DNA of 64,000 nt, from positions 244,280,001 to 244,344,000 of the forward strand of contig OZ024740.1 of assembly GCA_964016885.1 (NCBI GenBank). The letters run 5' to 3'. The notes under the pieces are model-generated. The model searched no databases. It was not told the origin of the DNA and saw only the letters and a program-made list of their open reading frames with translations. Origin of the DNA: Eledone cirrhosa. Lineage: Eukaryota. Position numbers and translations under genes: made by a program. This document shows positions 53,581 through 64,000 of the stretch, piece after piece (position 1 is the first letter of the stretch; each line of letters begins with the position of its first letter).

Positions 53581-53611
<31 letters not shown>
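50163..53611 (+). mobile_element. Near full-length RTE LINE (subfamily 2) with small deletions and a stop; PHD intact
   Basis: ORFs 50227..50637, 50606..52132, 52156..53253 cover EN-RT-PHD-C-terminus; deletions near 50588 and 52140; (GAT)n tail. Confidence 0.94.
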
Positions 53612-53612
<1 letters not shown>

Positions 53613-55944
53613 GGTGAGGTATTGTAGGCATGTAAGAGATAGACAGGATGTAAACAAAAGGAATGGAGCTGATCATATGATTGGACCAAGGAAACTAGGC
53701 TTCTATTGATCTTTTCTATTGCTATCTGTCACACTCAACTCCTGACAGAAAGAGGCAAAATTTGAACTCAGAACACAAAGAGCCGGATCCAATAGCACAA
53801 AGCATCCCTGTCTGACTCTTTATCAATTCTGCCAATCTACAGCTCTGGATTGGTACTTTATTTATCAACCTCAGGGGAATGAAAACCAAAGTTGATTTCA
53901 GCAGGATTTGAAATCAGAGCACTGAGGGTCATAACAAATGCTACAATGCCTTAGGCAGGCTCAGTTAAAGATGAATTGGAGTTAAACAACAGTGACATAT
54001 TTGGCAGTTTAATCAATCCTACAGAGTGTATCTGATAACCTCAGTAATACACTTGAGAACTAAGCTAACATCAGAAAGTTAACCCATGTTACTATGCAAT
54101 TTAAAACACAAAGAATCAACCTTTATAGTGTTGACATAATAGTCAATATGCTTAGCTTCGTTTCCCTTTTTTTTTTTTTTGTTTATTAAATAATTGTGTT
54201 TTTATAAGGTTGGATCACTGTTGCAACAAATGAGAAAATGTATATATAGGAATTGCCTATAGTTTGTCTTTAATTTATTTAGAAATAAAACAAGGGCAGT
54301 ACACACAGAGAGTATGTGTAAGCCAGAGAGAAATGAATGACTGAATGGTTAAGAGGTTTGCTTTGCAATCATGAGGTCCTAGTTTCAATCCCACTATGTG
54401 GTGTCTTAAGCAAATGTCATTTACCATAACCTCCGGTTGGCCCATGCCTTATGAGTAAAATTAGATAGGTGGAAAATACTTGGAAGCCTGTTGAATGAAC
54501 TGAACTTGTAATTCAAAGGGTCAGCCATATTACACAGTGTCACACTGAATCTCCCTGGAAATTACATCAAATGTGTATGTGTCTATGGAATGGTCAGCCA
54601 CTTACATGTTAGTTCCATGAGCAGGCACTTCTGTTGATTGAATGACTGAAACACTCATTGCCAAAACCAATGATGTCTGCTGACTGGACTTAGTTGATAA
54701 TTTAATGATATACAAAATTGATACTTTAGAATAAGTAGATCAAATTTAAAGAATATAGTAGTGTGCATTCCTGAAAAAATACCATAATTTGCTGTGTCGC
54801 CAAGTCTGTCAAATCTGGATTGGATATGAAGAGTAGTTGTTATGCAACGACAGATCAGCCATTGATTAAACAGACAAAAGAAGTAAAAGTTGGTGAAAGA
54901 AAAAAAGAGAAAACGGATTTTAAAAAATTACATAAACTTCAAAAGTGGTATAAGAACAAAAACTTAATTAGCAACTGAATAGAGAACAATGGAGTAAACA
55001 GATATATTATTATCATCACACAGGATGTGATGCCACATGTAAGAAACAAAAAGAAGTTTCATTTGTTCTGTTTACTATATTTCATAAACAATAAATAAGA
55101 ATTATAAATTATTTTATCTAGAAAATTACAAAAAATTTCACTGAACCACATCAGTAAATAGAAATAGATGAATGAACCTTTTTGACAATGAATGATCCAG
55201 TTATATGGTCAGTTATAAATCAATGTGTAAGTAGATGAGCATTTCAGAGACATGTTTTACCTTTAGCACAATTCTCAGGGAGATTCAGCATGGTGCAGTA
55301 TGTGACAAGACTGACTCCTTGAATTTACAAGTACAGTTCATCCAGTAGGTTTCCAAACAGTTTCTATTAACCCAATTTTACCTACATGGTTTGGATTAAC
55401 CAGAGGCTTATCAAAAATACCACAAAGCTGGACCGAACCTGGACCCACAAAATTGTGAACAAACTTCTTAACCATCTAACCCTGTTACATCCATACAAAT
55501 ATGAATAACTGTTTTAAGGTTTGTAAATAATTTATAATGACTCATAATAATTCTTTCTAAAATTAGTACAAGGCCAGTAATTTTCGGGGGGGGGGGGGGT
55601 AGAGGAAAGTCAATTAAATTAACCCCACCACTTAACTGGTATTTCATTTTATTGACCAAGGATGAAAAGCAAAGGTGACTTCAGCAGGATTTGAACTTAG
55701 AACATCTCGTAACAACTAAATACCCACAAAGTATTTAGTCGGATCTCTACAGATACTTATAATATTATGTATGAGTGTCAAAAAAATCGCAACATATTTC
55801 CATTATACTATATATCATACCGCAAATTATCACTTTCTCCTTCCCTGGTGACTCTTCAGTTTACACCTACCCATCATTGGCATCCATATACAATATAATC
55901 ACACCATAACCACTTCAATTATTTTCTCCCCTATGAGAAGTATA

Positions 55945-57800
55945 CACAGCTCGAAGAGAGGCTGAAGAAAGAAAGTTTGCCAACATCCTGAGAGGTGAGG
56001 ATCAGAGACGTGAAGTATTCCACATTGCAAGGCAGTGTGTCAGTGTGAATCATGATGTTGCTGAGAAAAAGTGTGTTAGAAACGACACTGGTGCATTTAG
56101 CACCACTGATACTCAAAAGAAAGAGGCCTGGAAATTTGCTATGAGAGACTGATAAATGTAAAGAATGAATGGGAGGAAGGGAAACTATCCCCAACCTACC
56201 CAAGAGATAGTTGATAGTTCATAGTTATAGGATCAAAGAAGCAATCAAAGAGATGAAAAATGGAAAGGACCACCAGAGATAACTGCTGAGATGCTAAAAG
56301 CATTGAGAGAAGTAGGAGTCAAACTAGTAACCTGCATAGTCAATCAGGTAATACAGGACAATGTCATACCCAATGACTGGCACAGCAGTACAATTGTAAA
56401 TTGCTACAAGGGCAAAGGTGATGACCTAGAGAGGAGCAACTATAGAGGAATAAAACTAATGGACCAAGTTATGAAAGTGGTGGAAAGAGTTATAGTGCAA
56501 CTAATTAGAGAAAGAATCATATTAGACAAGATACAGTTTAATTTCATGTAGTACCGGGAAAAGTACTACAGACACCCTCTTCTAAGTGAGGCAACTACGA
56601 CAGAAGTTCTTAGCCAAAAATAAGCCACTATACCTAGCTTTCATTGACCTAGAAAAAGCATTTGACAGAGTACCCCGATCTATTATCTGGTGGCCCTTAA
56701 AGAAATTATGTGTAGAAGAATGGCCTGTGAGAGCAGTGCAAGCCATATACAGAGGAGCTATCAGCAAAGTAAGAGTAGGAATTGTGTTTAGTGAGGAATT
56801 CAAGGTAAAAGTAGTTCATCAAGGTTCAGTTCATAGCCAACTACTATGCATTATAGCTCTCCAGGCTATAACAGAGGAGTTTAAGATTGGCAGCCCACGG
56901 GAACTTCTCTATGCAGATGATCTGGTCCCTATAGCCAAATCCATTAAAGACCTAGCAAATAAGTTATGACAAAAAGAATTTAGAATCAAAAGGCATAACA
57001 GTAAACTTAGCCAAAACTAAAGTGCTAGTGAGTAGGAGAGAAGATAGAACCCAATGCAAATATTGGGAACACAAGAGATGTAGTGGGATAATGAATAAGC
57101 TAACAGGAAGGGAAGACTTTGTTTGTAAAAGATGCACGAGGGTAAACAAGGGGAAGATAACCAGTGTTGTAAGCCTATTCCTGTCACAGGAAAGACCCAT
57201 AGAAGTGGTTGATAGCTTCTACTATCGAGGCAATGTAATTAACTGTGGAAGAGAAAGTACTGAGAGCATAATAGCTAGAATAAGGATAGGATGGGAAAAA
57301 TTCAGAGAGCTACTCCCACTGTTGACCACGAAAGGTTTCTCCCTACATACAAAAAGATGACTGTATGACCCCTGTATGTGAAGTGCGATGCTGCATGGTA
57401 GTGAAACATGGGCTGTGAGTGCCCAGGACGTGCATAGACTGGAGAGAAATGAAGCAACCATTTTTCAGTAGATGTGCAATGTAAGTGTGAAAGAAAGGCA
57501 GAGTTTGGATGGGTTGAGAGAGAAACTGGATTTAAGAGGAATCCGAGGTGGTGTGTAGGAGAGAAGACTGCATTGGTTTAGACATGTGATGCAAATGGAC
57601 AATGATCATTGGGTGGAGAAGTGCCAGAAAGGCCAGTGGAAGGAAGTCACAGTAGAGGTAGACTAGGAAAGACCTGGACAGAAATTGTGACAATTGACCT
57701 CAAATCACTGAGACTCACAAAGGATCACAATGTGTAGAGAAATGCTGTGCTGAGAAGGACTTGTCCAACCCATGCAAGTGTAAAAGGGCAGATGTAAAAA
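55945..57800 (+). mobile_element. Degenerate RTE LINE (subfamily 3-like), PHD partly deleted
   Basis: ORFs 56291..56551, 56586..56969, 57022..57360. Confidence 0.88.
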
Positions 57801-59166
57801 CAATAATTGCTTCTACTTTTGGCACAAGGCCAGCAATTACCCAGTACATTACTGGTACTTTATTTTATCGACCCCATAAGGATGAAAGGCAAAGTTAACC
57901 TCGGCGGGATTTGAACTCAGACTGTAAAGGGACGTAACTATGCTAGAAAGCATGACGTCCAACCCTCTACCGGTACTGCCAATTCACCAAACAATAATGA
58001 TGATGAGACTTAGCTATTCTTCAGAGTACTACCCATAACTAGCTCTCTCCTACCATGATACACCCCTACTCAATCCTCTACCCATAACCAATATGTAGCT
58101 ACCACTGACATTCTCTTCTGCCTTCATATCTCACTGTTTCCATTTTCAAACTCATATTCATACTTTCCCTTTCTTTCCCATGTGACTCTAAGCTGTCATT
58201 CCCTTCTCACCCTCACACTTCTCCAATATTAACCAACACTAGACCTCTGCTACTGTGACACACGCCCCTATTGTTCAACCTTCTGCCTACCAACAACTTG
58301 CATGTAGTTACTACTCTCTCTTTCTCCCTTATCATCATATCACTGTTTGCTCTCTCTGCATTTAATTTATTGGCTCAAATTACACACGGGAGCATTTTTA
58401 CCTTGAAAGAAAAAAGATGACAAAGAGAGGAAAGAACTTTTTTTTTTTTCTCAATGTAGGCTAAAGCAACTTCTCTGCTGTTGGTGCCACAATAAAATGC
58501 ACTCAGTATACTTTATAAAGGAGTCGGTGATCAAACAGAAAGAAAGTAAGGTCGAGGGGGGCTCTTTAGTCTTGTCAAGAACATAGCAACCTCTCTCATA
58601 ATGGTACCATGATAAAATACATTCAAATGACTCTCTAAGATGGTTGGCATTAAGAGGGGCATCCAGCCATATAAACCATACCAAAAATTGGAACCTAAGA
58701 GTGAGATATGGTCTTTTGGCTCATAGAACTGACACAAACCATAACAACTTGTCCAACCCATGCTAGCATGAAGAGTGAACAACAAATTATGATGAGGATT
58801 TGGAATAATTTTATAATAAATTGACTTGTAACAAATATTTCTAACATGGGCACCAGATATTTGAGGAGAGGGGTTAGTTGATTAAATCATTCCCAGTACT
58901 TAATTGGTAATTTCTACTATAGGGACTGGAAGAATGAAAGGCAAAGTTGACTTCCAATCATATTGAGTCAGAACAAATACTGCTTGATTCTCTAACAACT
59001 CTGATGATTCTTCATCTCCTTGACTCGTAATAATGCATATTAGTGCCTAGAAAATGGCAAAACATTTTATGTTACATATGTGTAAACCATTTGTAAACTA
59101 TTTGATTAGAGGATTGACGATGTATGGAACCTCAACACCACCACCAGTATATATATATATATATAT

Positions 59167-59235
<69 letters not shown>

Positions 59236-59632
59236 CGTCCCTCCCTTGCAAGCAGGGAAAAGCGGACGTAAAATGATGATGAAAAAAAAAATGATGATGA
59301 TATATATATAAGCAGAAGGAATATTCAATTTGTTGATATATATATATATTTCTAAGCGCTCATATATTCACCTAGCTTATGCTAACAGAATAACTATGAA
59401 GCTTGTTCCCTTCCTTCTACGGTTAGCTCTCCTCTTTGTTGTTATCTTGTCTCACTCGCTTTACGCGTTTTAATTGTCCTAATAACTTAATTTAGTTATT
59501 ATTGCACCAACGTGAGGTATATGATTTTTAATGCAATGAAATATCTATGATCGTCGGCAAATCACTGATGAGGGACTTATTTTATTACATGTTATCCATG
59601 TGCAACCTGCAGTATTCTTCTCCCCATCTTTT

Positions 59633-59689
<57 letters not shown>

Positions 59690-59908
59690 AAAATATATTC
59701 ATATTATATAATATATATATATAATATATTCATCATCATCATCATCATCATTTTACGTCCACTTTTCCTTGCTTGCAAATATAAATAATTGTTTCAAGAT
59801 TTGTTAAAAATGTTATAATGACTTGACTTGAAATAATGTTAGCACTTATAAGATTACAAAAAATTCAATAAAGCCCATCTGTAAATCATGAACATCATTA
59901 TATATATA

Positions 59909-61219
59909 CAGGGTGTGGACGATATTTGTTCACAATTTTCAACTGCTAATTTTATGCAAATTTTTTTTACTTCCGTTGTCACTCTTGTCTTCATAAAAAC
60001 AGTGACTATATTTCCATTATTTATTTTCAGAATAATTGATTATGAATAATTTTGAACCTCCAAATTTGTGGAAGAAACATGGAGTTCTTCTTGGAATCCG
60101 CACCGGGAGGACAAATAAGGAAATTTCAGACTTTCTCAGCGTTAGCAGGAGAATGGTGGAAAAGGTCAGAAAGGAATTGGAAGATTCAAGATTCGACTAG
60201 GAAGAAACATCAGAGAGGAAAACACATGATCGACGATCTGACGCCTTCAGAACGCCCGAGTTCGTCGCTGAAGTTCAGGATATCATCAACAATGAACCTA
60301 GCAAGTCGATGCATGCCATTGCAAGGGAGAAAGACATGGATGAAAAGCTCATTAGGCTGGTGGTACATGAAGACATTCACTACGTTTCATACAAGATGAA
60401 AAAAGGACAATTTCTGTCAAAGGCGATGCAAGAAAAGCGACTGAAGCACACAAAGAAGCTGATCAACAAGTTGAAAAACACCCACTGGAGCCAGACATGT
60501 GTGGTTTTTCTCCGACGAGAAAAACTTCTGCCAAGACCAGAAGATCAACTCCCAGAACAACAGGTGGCTTGCTGTCTCATCCAAAGATGTGCCCAGAGTC
60601 ATGCAGACAAAGTTTCCAGTGACAACATCTGTCTTAGGTGTTGTCAGTAGTCAAGGTGACGCCATGCCACCTCACTTCTTCCCTGAGGGCCTCAAGCTGA
60701 ACACCGATGGTTACATCCGCGTTCTGAGCGAGGTAGTAAAGCCCTGAATCGACCAGGTAGCTGCAGGTAGGCCGTACGTGTGGCAGCAAGACTCAGCGCC
60801 CTGCCATACCAGCCGAAAGACCCAAGCCTGGCTGTCAGAGAACTTCGTCGACCACACTTCACCTGACATCTGGCCTCCCAGCTCGCCTGACTGCAACCCC
60901 CTCGACTTCTTTGTGTGGGGCGCAGCAGTGGAACGAGACACCAACAGATCTAGCTGCAATACGAAAGACAATCTGAAGGCCAGGATCACAAGTGCCTTTA
61001 GGGGCCTAAGTCGGGGGACAGTGTCGAAGGCCTGTAGCCGGTTCCGAGGCCACCTTGAGGCCGTCATCAAAGCCAATGGCGGGTTTATCGAGTGATATCG
61101 AAAGAACAAGTCATGAAGACAAACTGACCCAAGTTTGATAAATATATCTTAAAAAATAAAACTACTGTGTTATTTTTTCCTAAACAGTAATCTTGCGAAC
61201 AAATATCGTCCGCACCCTG
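59909..61219 (+). mobile_element. Tc1/mariner-superfamily DNA transposon, DD37D (maT) type, 1311 bp
   Basis: 27-bp TIRs CAGGGTGTGGACGATATTTGTTCACAA / TTGCGAACAAATATCGTCCGCACCCTG, TA flanks. Confidence 0.93.
60042..61095 (+). pseudogene. DD37D transposase pseudogene (two stops, one frameshift)
   Basis: FFSDEKNF...WQQDSAPCH-(37 aa between Asp residues)-SPDCNPLDFFVWG; stops near 60198 and 60745, frameshift near 60480. Confidence 0.9.
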
Positions 61220-61559
61220 TATATATATATATATATACTAGCATAATACATTGGGATCACCACCACGAAGAAAAAAGCACCCAGCACTCACTGTAAATGA
61301 GGTTGGTGTTAGGAAGTGCATCCAGCTGTAGAAATCAAGCCAGAATCAGTTCCCGTCCCACCCTTGGAAGCAGGGAAAAGCGGATGTAAGATGAAAAAAT
61401 AGCTGTCAAAAATGAAGGGTGTATAGTAAAAACTTATTTAAGTTAATAATTCCTTGATTACAACATCGAATTTATATTGAATCAGCTACCCCAACAGCCA
61501 CTACTACCACTTAAGATACCATTATCTATCTATCAGTCACACCCCACCTGAGACAGCAA

Positions 61560-61912
61560 ATAGAATTGTTTCGATGCGTCAGCTGTAATCAGTGAAGATA
61601 AGAACCTTGCAGTCAGAAGCCTGACTCCCCCAAATGTCTCGAACGCTACTGCCTGGAAAATGTGATTAGCCAACATATCACGATATTTTAGGATTTTGTT
61701 CCATTCGGCCGTGGATGCAGTAGTTTTCACCCTTACCACTGCATCCAGGATCAGGGAAGATGCAAAAGAGTCACTAACTGTGACGTCCCAGATAAAGCAC
61801 CTGCCTCTTGACCAGGGGCTCAGGGTAAGACCGTCAGGTCTTCTCCCAATCAATTCTGGACAACCCAGATGGTTCCAAAATTGAGGGGATGTTTGCCCGG
61901 GCCAAAGCTCTT
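61560..61912 (-). mobile_element. Fragment of an RLE-type non-LTR retrotransposon (CRE-like) endonuclease domain
   Basis: RALARANIPSILEPSGLSRID/GRRPDGLTLSPWSRGRCFIWDVTVSD...AEWNKILKY...AVAFETFG; PD..D and K..KY RLE motifs. Confidence 0.8.
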
Positions 61913-62059
61913 AAGTGGTAATAGGACAGTGTGTGTATGTGGGCGCACATGAGTTTGTCGGCGTTCTTAAATTAGAGACGCATGTGCATATGTGTGTGTA
62001 TCATATATATATATATCCAAATATATATATATAGTCCAAATAAATGAAATAATGAGATC

Positions 62060-62302
62060 GAGATCGTGTAGGTGTCACGAGAAAAAACACATACAGTCCA
62101 CGCTGTAATGTGGCCGTGTAGGCAACACGGTAAAAAGTTCCCAGTTCCACACTGTAAATGTGGTTGGTGTTAGGAAGGGCATCCAGCCGTAGAAAACCTG
62201 CCAGAGCGAGACACGGTCACCCGACCTACCTTGCCTCAAGTGGGACAACTCCCGTCTAACCCATGCTAGCGTGGAAGATGGATATTAAACGATGATGATG
62301 AT
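62060..62302 (+). mobile_element. RTE subfamily 2 3' UTR fragment
   Basis: Matches 17782-18045 in reverse complement; (GAT)n tail. Confidence 0.85.
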
Positions 62303-62311
62303 GTGTGTGTC

Positions 62312-62342
<31 letters not shown>

Positions 62343-62499
62343 CGTGTGCCACAGTTTTTAAGTTAGAGACATATATCTCTGTGTGTCACTTTTCTTCCTA
62401 CACACACACACATTCACACAAAAACACACACACACATTGTGTGACAGACGGATGGACAGAAGTTGCTAAAATTTATATACATGAGTTCCACAGAAGTAG

Positions 62500-63113
62500 G
62501 TAGAGAAGTTCTTGGGGCCGTATTCATGATTGATGGAATGCAGGAGACTGAATTAAGTGCAAGAATTGCACTTAATTTGATGCAGTAATGCACCAGCTTC
62601 AGCATTCAGTAATCAGAAGGGGGGTAGGTGTAAAAGCCAAACTTGCTGTCTTCCTGGTATTCCTGGTAACCCTGACCTAGGGTCATGAATCTTGGGTAAT
62701 GACCAAAACAATACGATTGCAAATACAAGCGACCGAAATGAGGTTCCTCCGAAGGGTCTTTGGAGTAACTTTAGTCAATAAAGTGCATAGCTCAGAGATC
62801 AGAGGGTCACTCCAGGCAGAACCACTACTTCTCTGGACTGAGCGATCACAGCTCCGATACTATGGACATGTGGATAGAGTGTCTCAGTAAAGAATTGCTG
62901 GACAGATTTTACAGGCAAAACCAGCCAGCAGGAGACCCAGAGGTAGACTCTGAGCAAAATAGTTGGGTAAAATCCATGAGCTTGGCTGGTCACACTTTGG
63001 GATCTAGCTGGATCAGTTAGAGATGTTTGCTTCTGACAGACTTACTGGAAGGAGTGTTTGAGAAGGACTCTGCCCCCCATGACCCTCTCAGAAATAAATG
63101 GGTGAAGAAGAAG
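62500..63113 (+). mobile_element. Rex3/Expander-like RTE 3' fragment with (GAA)n tail
   Basis: GHESWVMT...IQATEMRFLRRV.G...EPLLL..ERSQLRYYGHV...RPRGR. Confidence 0.82.
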
Positions 63114-63571
63114 ATATTGTCCATTTACTTTTCAATTTACATATAATATCTATATGCATATATATTTGCGTATAATACCAATACACACACTACATACGCT
63201 AGAAAAAACTGCCCGAAGGGTAGTTCTTCTGTTAGTATATCATAATAAATATACAGCCTTTTTTCCATCTCTCAAAAACATTCTAATTTGAATTCATGGA
63301 ACATAAATGTAAGAGAAAAAAAACTGATGCATAGAAATGTTCTAATTGTTCTGAAATGCTTTCATTCATACAAGAAATACATCATGTTCTGCGAACAGTA
63401 TTCTTTCTTTCCCTCTCAACATCTGTTTATATATATTGTGTATACAAAGCTGATGTCTCCAACTCTTTCTTACAAAGCGCCAAGAAGGTAAAGTTAATAT
63501 AAGGAATGATGTGCTCATGCACCCTATTTTATAAGCTATTCTATAGCATCTCCATGCATGAACATATCATT

Positions 63572-63623
<52 letters not shown>

Positions 63624-64000
63624 GGCTTCTACAGGTCTAGAACTGTTTCATTCAAAGGAAATCATCAGGGATTTCCTGATATATATATATCCATGTATTA
63701 TTGACGAACATGAGTATGAGTTTAGGTGTTCATTTATCATGGTGTGCACTCACAAGATCATTAGACAAGACTAAATTTTTAATGGGAAAATATGTGTTTC
63801 TGAATGTATAGGGAGGGGGAAAAAGGTTATGAAAAAAGAAAGGCAAAGAAAATGGAAGTAAAGAAAGAACTAAGAGAAACAAGGAAGGTATGGACAGAAT
63901 CAAGAAAAATATAAGAATATATAACACAAAATATATTGTATTTTAGTACTACTACTTTTGCTTAGAGAGGGGAGTAATAAGCACAACGTACAAAGCTGAA

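Noticed and set aside
59560-59630. CTGATGA suggesting another hammerhead
   Set aside because: No GAAA or closing stems follow.

Overview
Eukaryotic, AT-rich, microsatellite- and retroelement-saturated genomic DNA; the SINE/RTE repertoire resembles that of octopod cephalopods (inference, not proven). The whole window appears to lie inside one minus-strand host gene, a procollagen galactosyltransferase (COLGALT/GT25 family), of which only two small coding exons (43601-43713, 23574-23689; 229 bp in total) fall in the window. Everything else is intronic and dominated by: (i) about 15 copies of an RTE-clade LINE in at least three subfamilies, including one full-length copy with an intact 1039-aa ORF whose reverse transcriptase carries a PHD-type C4HC3 zinc finger inserted between RT motifs 6 and 7, and a hierarchically repeated 5' UTR; (ii) Penelope-like elements (Naiad-like and Neptune/Nematis-like) plus many solo or inverted pLTR remnants carrying about a dozen type I hammerhead ribozyme motifs, two of them as inverted double-hammerhead structures; (iii) tRNA-derived SINEs, one sharing its 3' end with the RTE; (iv) a DD37D Tc1/mariner pseudogene, three hAT-type non-autonomous elements with 8-bp TSDs, Rex3/Expander-like RTE fragments and a CRE-like RLE fragment. 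Many insertions sit within (TA)n tracts. Most ORFs in the track are microsatellite artefacts or antisense shadows of the LINEs.
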